Shown here one piece after another: positions 25,556-38,630 of a DNA stretch of 63,538 nt. Position 1 is the stretch's first letter; each line of letters begins with the position of its first letter. This stretch comes from Lama guanicoe (taxonomy: Eukaryota). The stretch lies in assembly GCA_013239625.1 (NCBI GenBank), contig MU053504.1, positions 1,862,001 to 1,925,538 of the forward strand. The letters are read 5' to 3'. The notes under the pieces were generated by a model. It made no database searches, was not told the origin of the DNA, and saw only the letters and a list, made by a program, of their open reading frames with translations. A program made the translations under genes and the position numbers.

Positions 25556-26419
25556 TTTAGGAGTACATTTTCAGGCTCTTATTGTTTTGCACCCATCTCA
25601 TTCTCAGAGAGGACATCTGGATGACCAAGGGGAGGTGGAGTGATGTGCCCATCTCCTGCCTGCTGACAGCCGTAACTGATGAGATCCATTCTCTTTCTCA
25701 GTTTGAGCTGGGTCTGGTGTCTTAGCCTCTCATTGGGTTTTGCATGCCCTTCAGTCACCTCTAATCCCCTGTCCCATCTCCTCTGTCCCTGTCTGTGCTT
25801 GTCAGTCCACCCACCAGACTCTGCTGCCCCACGACGGAACCACTGGCTCTCATCTAGCATGTGCTCCACCCAGGAATCATGGGAATCATAACAGGAATCC
25901 GAGGAAAGCCACATCCCTTTTTGGCCACCCTGCACATTGCTCTGCACCAGGTTCCAGCAGGTTCAAACATTGCTCTTCTACATGGTGACCTCCTTACAGA
26001 ACCCCAAGTATGGAAGGAAGGGGAGTGATTCTTCCTGCCCTTGAAGCCTCGTTGAATTCTAGGCTGTCTCTTTCTCCAGACTGAAGTCTAGAGCAGAGAG
26101 ACTAGGGCCCATACCTTTCACAGTCTGTCTCTGCAGTCTCCCCCTCCTTTTCCTCTCCACAGTACCGTCAGGCCAAAGCCTAGGTTCTGAAAGCACATCG
26201 TGGAGAACATAATCCAGTCTGATAGCTCTTGATATGTCAAATGGAGCTAAAGGGATTTAGAAAATCATTTCCCTCCTGAGAATGCCTTGCTTTGAAGCCT
26301 GTTGATATGCAGCAAAACTCTATTGTGAATGTCTGAAGCTGAAAAAAAAATCCCTCTTTGCTTATTTCCTATAACATATCCAATCTTCACCAGCACCCCA
26401 ACAAGATGGATGAATTGTG

Positions 26420-26812
26420 GTGGACATGGAGATGTGTTGCTGTGATCCTCCCTCAAGAAGGACTGGCTGCCCAGCTGCAGAGAATGTGTCAGCAGCCAGC
26501 CTCCAGCTGTCAGCTCCTTCACGGTCTGCCTTTGCTGGGGAAAACTGCCCCTTCTAAGGTCCTGCCCTTCCCAAGGTAGCCTACGTGCAGTGACTGGGTC
26601 AGGCGGAGGTGTAAAGGCCTAGCTACTCTAGTCTAACGTGGGACATGCTATACTCAAAAACTCCCTGCTGGGTTGCTGAGGCTTCACTGGGCCTGCACCA
26701 CAGTTTGACTTCTTCCACCCAGTCTGGCCTCTATCCCCTTCTTTTCCGTAATAAATGTCTTGCACCCATACCCCATCTCAGCATCTGATTTCAGAGGACC
26801 CAATCTATGACA
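26420..26812 (+). mobile_element. LTR33-like ERVL LTR
   Basis: gcccagctgcagagaatgtgtcagcagccagcctccagctgtcagc...aataaatgtcttgcac...ctatgaca. Confidence 0.65.
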
Positions 26813-27276
26813 TGGGTACTTTTGGCTGCATGTAAAGGTCCTTATACATACAATAGAATATTATTCAGCCTTAAAGAGGAAGGAAATTCTGGCACATGCT
26901 ATAGTATGGATGAATCTTGAGGACATTGTGCTAGGTGAAATAAGCATGATTTCCATCCACAGGTCTCTGTGTCCTCTTGTGGAACAATTCCTTGGGTTAT
27001 GATACTCTAAGGTGTCAAGTGAGCTTGTAAGAGAGTTCCAGAGTGAGCTGGATGACTAGATGGAGGAGGATAGATGGAGTGAGAAGCCTGGACCTCAGAG
27101 GACAAATCTAGCAAGATAGTACTGGCTAAGCCACTTTCCTTTGGCAAGTGCCCATGGAAGCATTTTTCGGTCCTAGGGAGACAGGGACTGAGAACGGAAG
27201 CTGAGTGGTTGTCATGTAAAATCTTGGTGAGATGCTGCAAGTCTGAAGTCGTCCTTTTAGACACATGCCCAACCAC

Positions 27277-27850
27277 CAATGTTCAAAGCAGCACTATTTA
27301 CAATAGCCAAAACATGAAAACAACCTAAATATCCATCGACAGATGACTGGATAAAGTTGTGATATATTTCTACATTGGAATATTACTCAGCCTAAAGAAG
27401 AATAAAATAATGCCATTTGCAGCAACATGGATGGAGCTGGAGATTGTCATTCTAAGTGAAGTAAGCCAGAAAGAGAAAGAAAAATACCATATGATATCAC
27501 TTATATGTGGAATCTTAAAAAAAAAAAAAGGACACAGATGAACTTATTTACAAACTAGAAACAAACTCACAGACACAGAAAAAAACTTATGGTTACTAGA
27601 GGGGAAAGGGGATAGGAAGGGATAAATTGGGAGTTACAGATTTGCAGATACTAACTACTATATATAAAATAGACAAACAACAAATTTACAGTGGATAGGA
27701 CAGGGAACTATATTCAATACCTTGTAATAAACTATAATGAAAAAGAATATACAAAGTAATATATGTGTGTATATGTATGACTGAACTGTTATGCTATACA
27801 CCAGAAACTGACACAACATTGTAAACTGACTATACTTCAATTTTTAAAAA
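27277..27850 (+). mobile_element. Artiodactyl-type L1 3' end
   Basis: aatgttcaaagcagcactatttacaatagcc...MPFAATWMELE-encoding stretch...acaacattgtaaactgactatacttcaat. Confidence 0.9.
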
Positions 27851-28239
27851 GTGGAAAAAACCAGTCTTTTGAGGACCATCATGTAAGAAAGTGGCTGCAA
27901 AGTATATTTCAACTGTTTCAGCACAGAGTGATCTTGGCATTGGACACATTTCACAAAGATATTAAGATATGGGGCAGGGAACACATTCATTCTTCTCATA
28001 AAGCATCAGCCTGGCTGGTCACATTTCTAGAGAAAGAATGGAAGATTCTGAGAGGATTACACGAGAGTCTTCCTGGTCATTTCCAGAATATAAAGGAGAC
28101 TATTGAAGAAGGGAACTGAAAATTTGAAAGTATTGATTATAACCCTTAAATAAGCCATTGTGTTTTAAAGCACTGTATCATAATGCACAGAGCCCTGATT
28201 TCATCTTATTTTTTAAAAAAATAAATCTGGATGCAGACT

Positions 28240-28720
28240 TTTGATAGAAATAGTAAGTGACATGGTGTTCATCTCAGTGCATCACACCAGTTAGTTTGTC
28301 ACATTAGTAGTGATGTAGTAGTGTGATCCCTTGGTCAAGATGGTGCCCACCAGATCTCTCTGTGGTAAGTGTATCTTTTCCTCTTTGCAGTTACTAAACA
28401 TCCTTAGGGTATGATACTTTTAGACTTTTTGAATACCCTTTTTCTAAAAACCCTTTCATTGCAATGGTTTTAGCTGTCATTGCTGACTCCTGTCTGAATC
28501 AATTATTACTGGAATGTTTGTAAAATGATGATTTTTCCATTTCTAACATTTCTTCTACACTGACTACATGACATTCCTCTATGAAGAACTTTCCTTTCTA
28601 TCTCCCTTAGAATGTGTTCATATCAGTATAGATGAATGGATTCCTTTTTCTTCAATATATTATAATCTATTCTGCATTGTTCATTTGAGGCTGGCATTCC
28701 TTCAGATTTGACATGGGGCT
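28240..28720 (-). mobile_element. Old L1 (L1MC4-like) 3' fragment
   Basis: Reverse-strand similarity to the L1 segment at about 36500-37000. Confidence 0.55.
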
Positions 28721-29849
28721 CTCCTTAAAATGTAGATCCCAAGGCACCTTCTCCATCTTCTGGGAGTGGTCTGGGGTTCTACATTTATAACTGGCTCCCC
28801 CTAGTGCTGCTTATGCCCATTAAAATTTTAAAAGCTGAGGCAAAATCCTGAAGGACCATCTGAGGGCTTTAGGTTAACAGTGGTCCCCCCCACACACACA
28901 CACAAGGCACTATACTGAAAACTTGGAAAGGCTACTTCTCTGAGGCAAGAAAGGCCAGAATAGCAGCAGAGGCAAATCTGTCTTCCGTGGATGGAGAGGA
29001 ATGAGTAAGAAGTGGAGAGGCTGGGAGATGAGACACCTACTAATTCCTTACAGCAATGTCTTTCTGAACAATGGGAACTATATGCTTCCATCCCCAAAGG
29101 TGGGGATGATATTTGGAATCAAACATTGATTTAATCAGGAAAAGCGTAGATCAAGATGGCATATAGAACATATGAGTACACACTGTCATTCCTGCTGAAA
29201 ATTCCCAGTGAAATCCAGAAAAGACATGAACAAGAGAAACTAATAGTTTTATAGCAGCATCAGGAAACTGAAAAACCAATAGGTGAGACATTTGAAGAAA
29301 ATTCTGGAAGATAGAGAGTAGAAAGAAATGTGTAGTCAAAAAAGGGGAATTGAGCTCATGCGCTTCCTTCCCAAACCTCACTCAAGTAACATTTAATTAG
29401 GAAAAAAAGAGCACAAAACCCACAAGGAAAAGAGAGTAGGCACTGAGGCAAGACTGGGCAATAATATTTTAAATGTTCTCACCTGGGATAGGAGAAAAAG
29501 AGAAAATGATTCCACACTTAGGAAAAAAAAGCAAAATTATGATCGACTGATTCCTGACACCTCAAGAAAACATCTTCTCAAACCCTGTTTGCATTAAAGC
29601 TGAAACTTAAGTCCTGAGAAATGTAATTCTATTGCCATAGAGGTCTCATTGATCCACAGCTACCGAAGGGACAGACAGTTTTATGGTCCTTTAATAGTTT
29701 AATTTTAGAAACCAACAGCTTCTGTGATTTTATAGCCTGGTCCTGTAGTCAAACACAGAGTTTTTACCACCTGTAGAAAGTTAACAAGTCTTGAATCTTA
29801 TCTAGCAAACTGTCGTTGTAATTCCTTTCATTAACTCCAGCTCTGTGTT

Positions 29850-29852
<3 letters not shown>

Positions 29853-29900
<48 letters not shown>
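29853..29900. repeat. (AC)24 microsatellite
   Basis: Read directly; perfect repeat. Confidence 0.97.
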
Positions 29901-29902
<2 letters not shown>

Positions 29903-31059
29903 CTGTTCTTTAAGCACTAGCAAACCAGCTTTTTTTTTTCCTATCTGCAGGTTTCTTCCTTAAGGAATTTAATAAAGTTTAGATAAATGCTCACTGTCTC
30001 TTGGTTTTAGAATCTTGCTTTAACATTGCTTTCAGTTTTCTCAGTTCTGCAAAGTAAGTGGGGGTGAGCTAATAAGAAGAAAACCAATTTGTGCTTCAGT
30101 ACCCCAGAAAGGCTCAGAGATTGGAAATAACACATCTCGTGGTAGAAATGGAGGACATAGTTGAAAATCTTGATCCTCATCTTTCAGTACATAAAACTAG
30201 AGTTTGCCACTAGTTTGGAACCTTAGGAAAGTTTGGATTCCAAAGCTCTCGGCTCAGGCAGCTCAGGTACAGCTGAGGGTGAGGCTGCTGAGTGGACGCG
30301 GGGAAACTGAGTGAAGTCGAAACTCAGAATGGAGACCTGGCATCATTCCCTGCTCTGAGCCAGGCAGATTCCACCACTATCCACTCTCTCCTTTCTACTC
30401 ATACATACAGTCCCCTCTACCAGGGAGAACATAGGAGGAGCCTTCTCTAGAGAAATTTGCCAGCCCAGAGAAAAATATCTGTAGAAACTGACATTTGGGG
30501 GAGTCCCCCAGGGAAAATTCCAGGGCCCTGCCCATCCATTACTAGGAGGCCACAATCAATACACTCAACCTACAAACACAAAGCTCCAGTTCATGTGCAT
30601 AGTGACAGAGAGCCATAGGTCACCCAACACAGCAAATTGCTAACATGGAAATCAGAGACCTAAACAAACAGAAAGAAGGAACTTGAGGAAATTCTTTTCA
30701 CCTTCCAGTCTCCTGCCAGTGCCTCCTAGAGGCCAAGGGAGCCCGAGAAGCTTTGAAGGTCAGCCGCCTGAAAACATAAGAAGGGGCAGGCAGGGAATGT
30801 AAGCAAATAGGCACCTGACCAGCACATCCTTGAAATAGCACCTAACATCAGACAGAGGGAGACAGAGACAAAGACAGCAAGATAGATACAGAAAGAGAGA
30901 CTGACAGAAACTGAGAGAGCAAGAGATGAGAAAACGGAGGGAGGGAGGAAATTTTCTAGGAGATAATTCAGTTCCCAAAATTGAAGTTTCTGGTTAGAAA
31001 CGTTTCATCAGGAACCCAGCACGGTGAATAATTTAAAAATATAAACACAGACAATCAAT

Positions 31060-32095
31060 ATGAACTCACGAGTTCCCAATGACCAAAGGTGAAACAAATT
31101 GTGAAATAAAATAAATAATGTGATATCGTGGGGCGGGTATAGCTCAGTGGTAGAGCACAGGCTTAGCATGTGCAAGGTCCTGGGTTCAATCCCCGATACC
31201 TCTGCTAAAATAAATAAATAGACAAACCTAATTACCTAACCCCCACAAAAATGTGATATTAAATTATAACTCAAAGTATAAAATAAATATACTTGAGCCC
31301 ATATTTATATCAATAAAATGATTGAATAAATAAACAAATAGGGGAGAAGACACAAATCTTCTTTACAGAACAATTTCAAATAATATGAATAGACATGCTT
31401 CCCCCTTTGCAGAAGGTAGAGTTTAATTCCTTTCCCTGTCCCCTTCGAGTATGGGCTGGACTTGGTGACTCATTTCCAAATAATAGAATGTGGAAAGGAG
31501 AAAAATAGTAACTTTATAGTGCAGAATACCACCTTAACCAAGTGATCAAGGTTAATACCATCAGTAGTAAGCTGTGTTGATATTATGTGCTCCCTTAGTG
31601 ATGTGACGAGAAGGTACTTTACCTCTGTGCTTTTCATCCTTAAATCCTATACCCGAAGTCTGGTAATGAGGAAAATATCAGACAAACCTAAATTGAGGAA
31701 CAGTCTACAGAATATTTAGCCAGTTCTCTTTACAAAGATAAAGGCCAAGAAAACAAAAAAAAAGATTGAGAAAAGTTGAATTAAAAAAGGACGGGAAATA
31801 CATTCCATGCAAACAGTAACCAAAAAAGAAAAAAAAAGCTACTGTAGCTATATCATATCAGACAAAATTGACTTTAAGCAAGCGGAATTTCTAGAAATAG
31901 AGACTTTTAATAATGGCAAACTATTCAATTTGCCAGGAAGATATAATCATAATTCTGTAGGCAACTAATAATATGACCCTCAACATGAAAAGCTAAATTG
32001 ACAGAACTATAAGGAGAAACAGATATGTCCACAGTCATGGTGAGCCACTTTAATGTACTTCTCTCAGAAACTGACAGAACAGACAAAACAAATCA
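31060..32095 (+). mobile_element. Old L1 fragments (L1MC-like 3' UTR and ORF2 endonuclease start) hosting a SINE
   Basis: Similar to 57070-57480; ccatgcaaacagtaaccaaaaa...atcagacaaaattgactttaag is the L1 endonuclease region. Confidence 0.7.
31130..31249 (+). mobile_element. Vic-1-type SINE, near full length
   Basis: GGGGCGGGTATAGCTCAGTGGTAGAGC (A box) and GGTTCAATCCCC (B box); TSD AATGTGATAT at 31117-31126 and 31250-31259. Confidence 0.92.
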
Positions 32096-33092
32096 GTGGG
32101 TCTGTTGTTTGTCTGTTCTTTTTTCCCTCTTTCTTTCTTCCTTTTTCTTTTTTATTGATTTGTTAACTTGTTAAAAAGTCAAGAACTGGCACTATAAGCA
32201 TGTTCCTTATGAATACGGATGTAAATACCAGGAGAAGCAATTTCAGCACTCAGATTGAGCGGGATTGGGAAGGTAAGTTCTGCTTTGCATTATGAACTTT
32301 CCAATGCTATTTTACTTTTTAAATCATTTTCATTTGTTACTTTGGTAAAAATTAACAATTTTAAATGAAATTTTAAATCAGTGAATTAAAAAATAATGAC
32401 AGAATCAGATTACTAGAGATAGGATCAAAGAGAACCAGAGACTAACATTTGCCTGCTAAAAGTTTAGGACCAAGTGAAAAGCAGGGCTTCCCAATGAAAT
32501 TAACTCCTACTTAAACAACATGGAATTATTACAGGGTTAGAAAACCAGATCAATAGACCAATGCATAGCCAAGAAACAGAACCACGTAAATGTAGAATCT
32601 ATTTTGTAATGAATGTGGTATTTCCAACTGGTGGGGAAAAGACAGACTATTCAACATATGGTTGTAGGACAATAGTTTTCACATATGGGAAAAAAATTAA
32701 GTTAGATATCTATCTCATGCCATAAGTAAAAATACATTCCAGATGGAATATAGATCTAAAATTAAAACAATTTTTAAAGTAAACAATATAAGCAGATTAA
32801 AATATATACAAACATACATACATTATATAAAATTATTTACAAATATAATTTGGGGAGAGGAAGGTTTTCATAAGCAAGACATGAAGTTGAGTATGGCAGC
32901 TATCATATGCTTACCAGATTTTTCCTTCCTCCAATTCTTCCGTAACAAAACTCTTTCAACCCATGTGAAGCACATTCTAAATAGTTTGAAATGACTAAAC
33001 CTGCCACCAGACACAGGAATGGATATATAATACTGTTGGTCAGAGTGCCCATAGCTAGCAGGCTCTCCTGGGATTCCTATGTCCAATTCATA

Positions 33093-33210
33093 TGTTGAGT
33101 GCGTTCCTAACATACACAAGGTCCTGGGTTCAATCCCCAGTATCTCCTCTAATAAGTAAGTCTAATTACCTCCCTCCCCACAAAAATAAATTAAGTAAAT
33201 AATAATAATA
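33093..33210 (+). mobile_element. 5'-truncated Vic-1-type SINE
   Basis: aaggtcctgggttcaatccccagtatctcc...ctaattacctccc tail. Confidence 0.8.
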
Positions 33211-34069
33211 TCTCTTAGTTCTAATTCTTTCTTCTGAGTAGGTTTCATTATCACCAGGGTTCCCTTCAAATGGCACCAATGTATTTTCCTGCAGCTGTGG
33301 GCTTGTCATTATTGTATCTGTCAAAACTGTTTTGGTTGTAAGTGTTATAAAGTCCAACCTAAACTGGTTTAAACAAGAAAAGGGAACTTGTTAGTCTGTG
33401 TAGTCAAAGCGGTGTAATCTAAAGTAAGACTGTCTGAGGGGAGCTTGAACCAAGAGCTCAAACATTAACTAGGACTCACGTCACCCCCTCCACAGTATCC
33501 TCCCTTCTGCTGTGTTGGCTTTATACACAGGTTCCTCATGATAGCCTCCAGTAGCCCTAAGTTCCCTTCATCCTTGGTGCTCTTAGTCCAGGGGGATAAA
33601 GGTTTTTTTTCTCTTTTACTGATCCCGTATTTCAGTGGCTCTGACTGGGTCACATGACCACCCCCAAAAATCTCTTTAGCCACGGGAATGTGATTGGTCA
33701 ATGTAAGTCTTACACCCACCTATGAACTCAAGGAGAAGTCATTCAAAGTAGAGGAGCCAAGAAAAAGAAAAAGAAGTCATTCCTTCCCCCTTCCTCTAAA
33801 ATCAAAGGATTGTTATGAGAGGAAGAGTGAAATATATGTTAGGGAGTAAACATATATCTACCACAATGTTCTTTGTTTGTTTATATAGACTTTCATGAAG
33901 TATAGTCAATCTATAATGTGTCAGTTTCTGGTGTACAGCATAATGCTTCAGTCGTACATGAATAGATTTCCTAGAGACCGTACCAATGACTCCAAAGACT
34001 GTAGCTATGCCGGGGCTGAGTGTCCCCCTGGGCCAGTTCATCATTGTCTCACTGAATGGGGTTTAGGTT

Positions 34070-35600
34070 GGGTATCCTAGAAGCAGAGCCTGAGCCAGGG
34101 ATTCAGCTGTACCTGACTGATTGAGGAGTACTCTCAGGAAAAGCCTATAAGGGAGTAAGGGAAGCAGACGAGGGCCTGGAAAGGGACTAGGCAAAGGTGA
34201 GGGCCTAGCTGCAGTCTAACCTGATCTCTTGGGGAGCGCTCAGTTGCACTGCAGAATTGTCTCTCTCCCCTCCCTTCATGAGGCAAGGGAGTTGTCTTTG
34301 GTATGTCCTTATTTCTAGGTGTGGAATGTGGGGGGTAGGTGGCAAATTGGCCCTCCTCTGCTGAGGGCAATTCTCTGAAGAAAAGTGCAGCTGTCAGCAA
34401 CACTCACCTGAACTGGAGGGTGGTGCCCCAGCCAGTATTGGAACTCTAACTGGGCTGCTAACATTGTCTATTATGATAAATTAACATGAATGGGCTGCTT
34501 GGGTCATTTGTATGCCTTGTAATGGGGAGATGAGCCTTTTGAAGGACAGCTCCCCCGGAATCATGTGGAATGGGAGAAGGGCGATTCTGAAAAGCAAAGT
34601 CAGGTATTGTCTGCATTTCGCTTCCTTGGCCAGCACTCACATACACGCCTACAATGTTTTAAATGCCCCCGTTTAAGATCATGCAGCTAGTTCACAACTG
34701 AAGAGAATCTCTTTCATTTCTCACAGCAGCTGCTGTCATTGCCTTGCCCAAATCCCCTTGTCCTTACCACTTTAGTGCATATGACTTGACTTACAGCTGC
34801 CAGAGTATGTGATTCTTTGAACAAGAGCTTTCTCTGATTGTTCCGTGCATTGTCACCTACTCAGCAGGCCGGAAGTACAGAGAAATTAATGTTGTTCCTT
34901 CCCGGGAGCTGCTCTCAACCAATGACTGGTAGGAGTTGGTGTATAAACACTCCAGCTCCCTTACTCTTCATAGTGGAATAACACTATGGTGGTGCATATT
35001 CTACAGTGGCTCCCAGTTTCCCGTGGGATTTAAGATCTAATTGTACACAAACTGGCTTGATATACACCCTATATTTGTTGCCTTCCTTTCCCTGTGCCAC
35101 TTCCCTGCTCTCCTACCTGTATTCTTCAGCTCCCAAATAAACTACGACTTATGATTGATGCAAGTGCTCTTTGCTTTGGCAGCTGACAATGTTCCTTGGT
35201 CAGCCCATCTCACTGCCTCCTGGATAATCTCTGTGCTGATCCTCTTTTTCATTGTCCTCACCTGCTCTTTACCCTTCTGAAGAAGATCCTGGGAAATTGT
35301 CTTTGCCTGAATTCTGTAGGAAACAGAGCAGGAGGCAAGGGTTTCACAGCAGGGTCTTAATGGGAGGTGCAATCTCGGAGCAGCAAAAGTTAGAGACAAG
35401 GGGAAGGAAGGAAAGCAAATGCAAGGTGGTCTATTACTGGGCTCACCGAAGCTTCAAGAAAATGTACCTTGTTGCTGAGTTACACAGGAGTCTTCATAAA
35501 AGTTTTGCAAATCCACCACGTCTTAGAATGGTCCACTGACAGGTGAAAAAGAAAGGTTATTTGCTGGTTCCTTCCTGTCTCTTAACTTACACTGGCCAAA
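34070..35600. mobile_element. Cluster of old ERVL (LTR16-like) LTRs in both orientations
   Basis: gaagcagagcctgagccaggg (about 34080), ctctcaaccaatgactggtaggagttggtgtataaa (about 34915) and ggaaacagagcaggaggcaaggg (about 35320). Confidence 0.55.
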
Positions 35601-35689
35601 GTTTACCCATGGGGTGTTAACTCCCTCATGACTTGGGATTTTTTTCCACTCTTATCAAAGAGGAAGTCAAGTTCTTTGACTGACAAATT

Positions 35690-37270
35690 TACTAAATCAC
35701 GGGTCGTAGGAGAATAGCAATTACCCCCAAGTGAGGAAATGCAGAGAGAGAATAATTAACTTACAGAATTTGAAGGTAATAGCGTAAGGGTGATATAAAA
35801 GATATTTAGCAATCAAAACTTTATGCACACACCTCGATTAGAAATTGTTATAGGTATTATAGGACAAAGAAAATGAGTACTCGTGTTGATAAAATTAGGA
35901 ACCAAGATTCTCAGTCCAGGAGAAAAGAGTTACAAACATAAAATCAAAATTAAGTAAAACTTCGTAGTTCTAAATTTGAATTTGGAATATCAGCATGAAC
36001 TTCAGACGTATTTTCTTTGAAACAAACAAACAAAAAATATTTCCTAGCTCTGTGTACTAAAAATTAATAAATTAAATAAATAAACAAATAAATAATTAAA
36101 AAAAAAACCATGTCCCTAGCAGTGAGTACTTGTAATCTCTAAATCCCGGTTTTCTCTAAAAGGAATCAAGACTACGTGCAAAAATGTCTGATTCTTTTTC
36201 TGTGGCAGAAAATGTACAAGATGCGCCTGAAACATCTTGTACTAGAAATGAAAAAAACTTTAAATACCATTGTAGGGATCAACCTATGCAATGGGACAAT
36301 TTGCGAATCAAAAAGAAGAGTGATTACAATGAATTGAAAGACAACAAATATGTTGTTCATGATATTCAAAACAATAAGAACAGCGAAATGCTTTGATCAG
36401 CTTTGGAGGATGCCAGGGAATCATCTCATTGGTTTGAATACTGGTAAATAAAGGCATATAAGCACTTATTATGCTTTTATTATATGAACTATACCTCAGA
36501 GTAACTAAATAGTTGATGGAGGAATCATATTCTTTATAGAACAGTTACAGTTAATAAATGTATAAAGGATGATAGGATGAAATACTAGAAATTATAAATA
36601 TAAGAATTAAAATGAAATAATGGTTCTAGGCTAGCTCTGTCTAATATATTTTCTGGGTGATGGAAAGATTTTATATTTGCATTGTTCAATACAGTAAGCT
36701 CTATAACTTAAAATGTGGCTAGTGTGACTAAGGAACTGATGTTTTAATTTTACTCACTTTTCATTAAATTTAAATAGCCACATGTGGCTAGTTGCTGTTG
36801 TATTGGACAGTACAGTTCTATGGCACGATACATTTTGCTGTTAAAACCACTAGGTGAAAGACTGGTGGGGAGTTTATAATGGATGAATTAGAATGACTGC
36901 CCTTGAATTTATTGATCAATCTTAAAATCACAAAAAGATGAACAGACTTCATATCTACCGATGTGATACAACAGGAAGTTTATTATACCACTCATGAAGT
37001 ATTCTTGACAAAAAGCCAAACCTGAGTCTGAGCAAGCTACTAGGTCTGACTACCGGTTTAGGAAATACAGGGAACAGAGGAGCATGATAAACAACACCAT
37101 AGCAAGGGAGGTCAGCAAAATCTAGACTGTGATAAACTTGTCAAAACAAACGATATGATTTATTACAATAACCAAATAATTGCAAAGGAAAAGAAGTAGA
37201 AGGGTATGGAACCTGTAGATTAGAGAGCAAAAAGACAGATCACTCAAATGTAAAGTGTGGACCTTATTTG
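35690..37270 (+). mobile_element. L1MC4-like 3' region interrupted by MER3
   Basis: ttgatcaatcttaaaatcacaaaa...ccgatgtgatacaacaggaag...aaagtgtggaccttatttgg. Confidence 0.65.
36630..36815 (+). mobile_element. MER3-like hAT-Charlie element
   Basis: aatgtggctagtgtgactaaggaactg...aaatagccacatgtggctagt...tattggacagtacag, flanked by ttcta on both sides. Confidence 0.8.
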
Positions 37271-38089
37271 GAACCAATTATATCTTAGCTCAGGTTCCCC
37301 AGAAAGCATAACCTGGTAAAAAAAAAAAAAACTATGAGCAAACACTTTATTGAGCAGTACAAGTTAAGGGAGCAGAAATGAGGAACACTAGGGGAAATCC
37401 AACACAAGGAAGCAAGATCAAGGTGGCCACCACTAAGGGTGATTCCTTAATCCCATAGACCTTCTGAGAGGCTGCATGTACTGTTTCTTAGGACTGTTGC
37501 TCTGGAGATGAAAGGGAAACAGTTGTCCATTGCATGTCATTCTCCACTGGTCAAAGTTTGCCTCAAATAGTGTTAAGTCCCTGGCACTTCCAGGTTTTGC
37601 GTGCCTGGGTGCTAAGAAGATTTCCATAGTATTTCACCTGCAGCATTAAAGAGAAGCCAAGAGGCGGTGCCAGGCTGTACCTGTGTGAAGCTGGTTGGAG
37701 CATGTACAGAACTGATCTGGCAACAACTGCTGCATTAAGATCCCCAGAGGAGCTGGAGTTATGCACAGAGGTGTCTGATATAAACTGTAAAAAAAGGAGA
37801 GAGAGAGAAAAAGAGAGAGAGAAAGAGAAGGAGAGAAGAGGGGAAAATAAATCAGGAAAGTTTGAATGCTAACAGGATATTTGGTGATATTAAGGAATAA
37901 TTTTTATATTATTAACTTTTTGTGAGCTAACAGTTTAGTCATTATGATTCTTCCAGGCTTACCTTTTAGAAATTCATACTAAAGTATTTATACATGAAAT
38001 GATACTAAGTTTGGGATTTTCTTCAAAATAATTCAGTTGATAAGGGAAAGAAGAGGAAGGCATAGCTGAAACAAGACTGACCATGAGTT

Positions 38090-38630
38090 ATGTGTTAGTT
38101 TTTAAAATAGCCACTAATTTTTTGATATTCCTCTCTTTAAAAGGTAGAATATAAATTCCCTCCCCCTTGGATATGGGTGGGACTTAGTGACTCATTTCTA
38201 ATGAATACAATGTAGTAGAAGTGATCTTGTGTGTCTTCCAAGACTGAATCATAAAAACATTGCAACTTCTGCCTTACTGTCTCTTGGATCATTCATTCTG
38301 GGGGAAGCCAGCCACCATGCCATGAGGACACACCAGCAGCTCTGTGGAGAGGTCCATGCCACAAGAAACTGATGGCTCCTGCTAACACCTTTGGCTCCTG
38401 CTAACACCTTACCAGCCATAGGTATGAGTCACCTTGGAATAGATCCTTTAGTTGCAGTTAACCGCAGTCCAGGCCAACAACTTGACTGCAGTCTTATGAC
38501 AGAGCCTGAGCCAGAACCACCAAGTCACTCGTGAAATCCTGACCCACAGAAATTGTGTGAGATAATAATTGCTTATTATTGTTCTAATTTGCTAATTTGG
38601 GAGCCAGTTTGCTGCACAACAGTGATCAAC
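38090..38630 (+). mobile_element. MLT1 (F/G-like) LTR
   Basis: gacttagtgactcatttctaatgaata, gggggaagccagccaccatg and cctgacccacagaaattgtgtgagataata; contains a 19-bp tandem duplication at 38373-38410. Confidence 0.75.

Noticed and set aside
27359..27541. ORF containing KIMPFAATWMELE; also 60273-60554 and 61916-62107
   Set aside because: Translations of L1 remnants, not host genes.
31130..31200. tRNA-like sequence with A and B boxes (and similar copies elsewhere)
   Set aside because: Followed by the SINE tail and flanked by TSDs, with about 10 diverged copies in the window. These are SINEs, not tRNA genes.
38373..38410. Small tandem duplications (19 bp here; also about 16255-16295, about 56186-56221 and 63156-63173)
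   Set aside because: Ordinary slippage duplications in repeats or introns with no sign of function.
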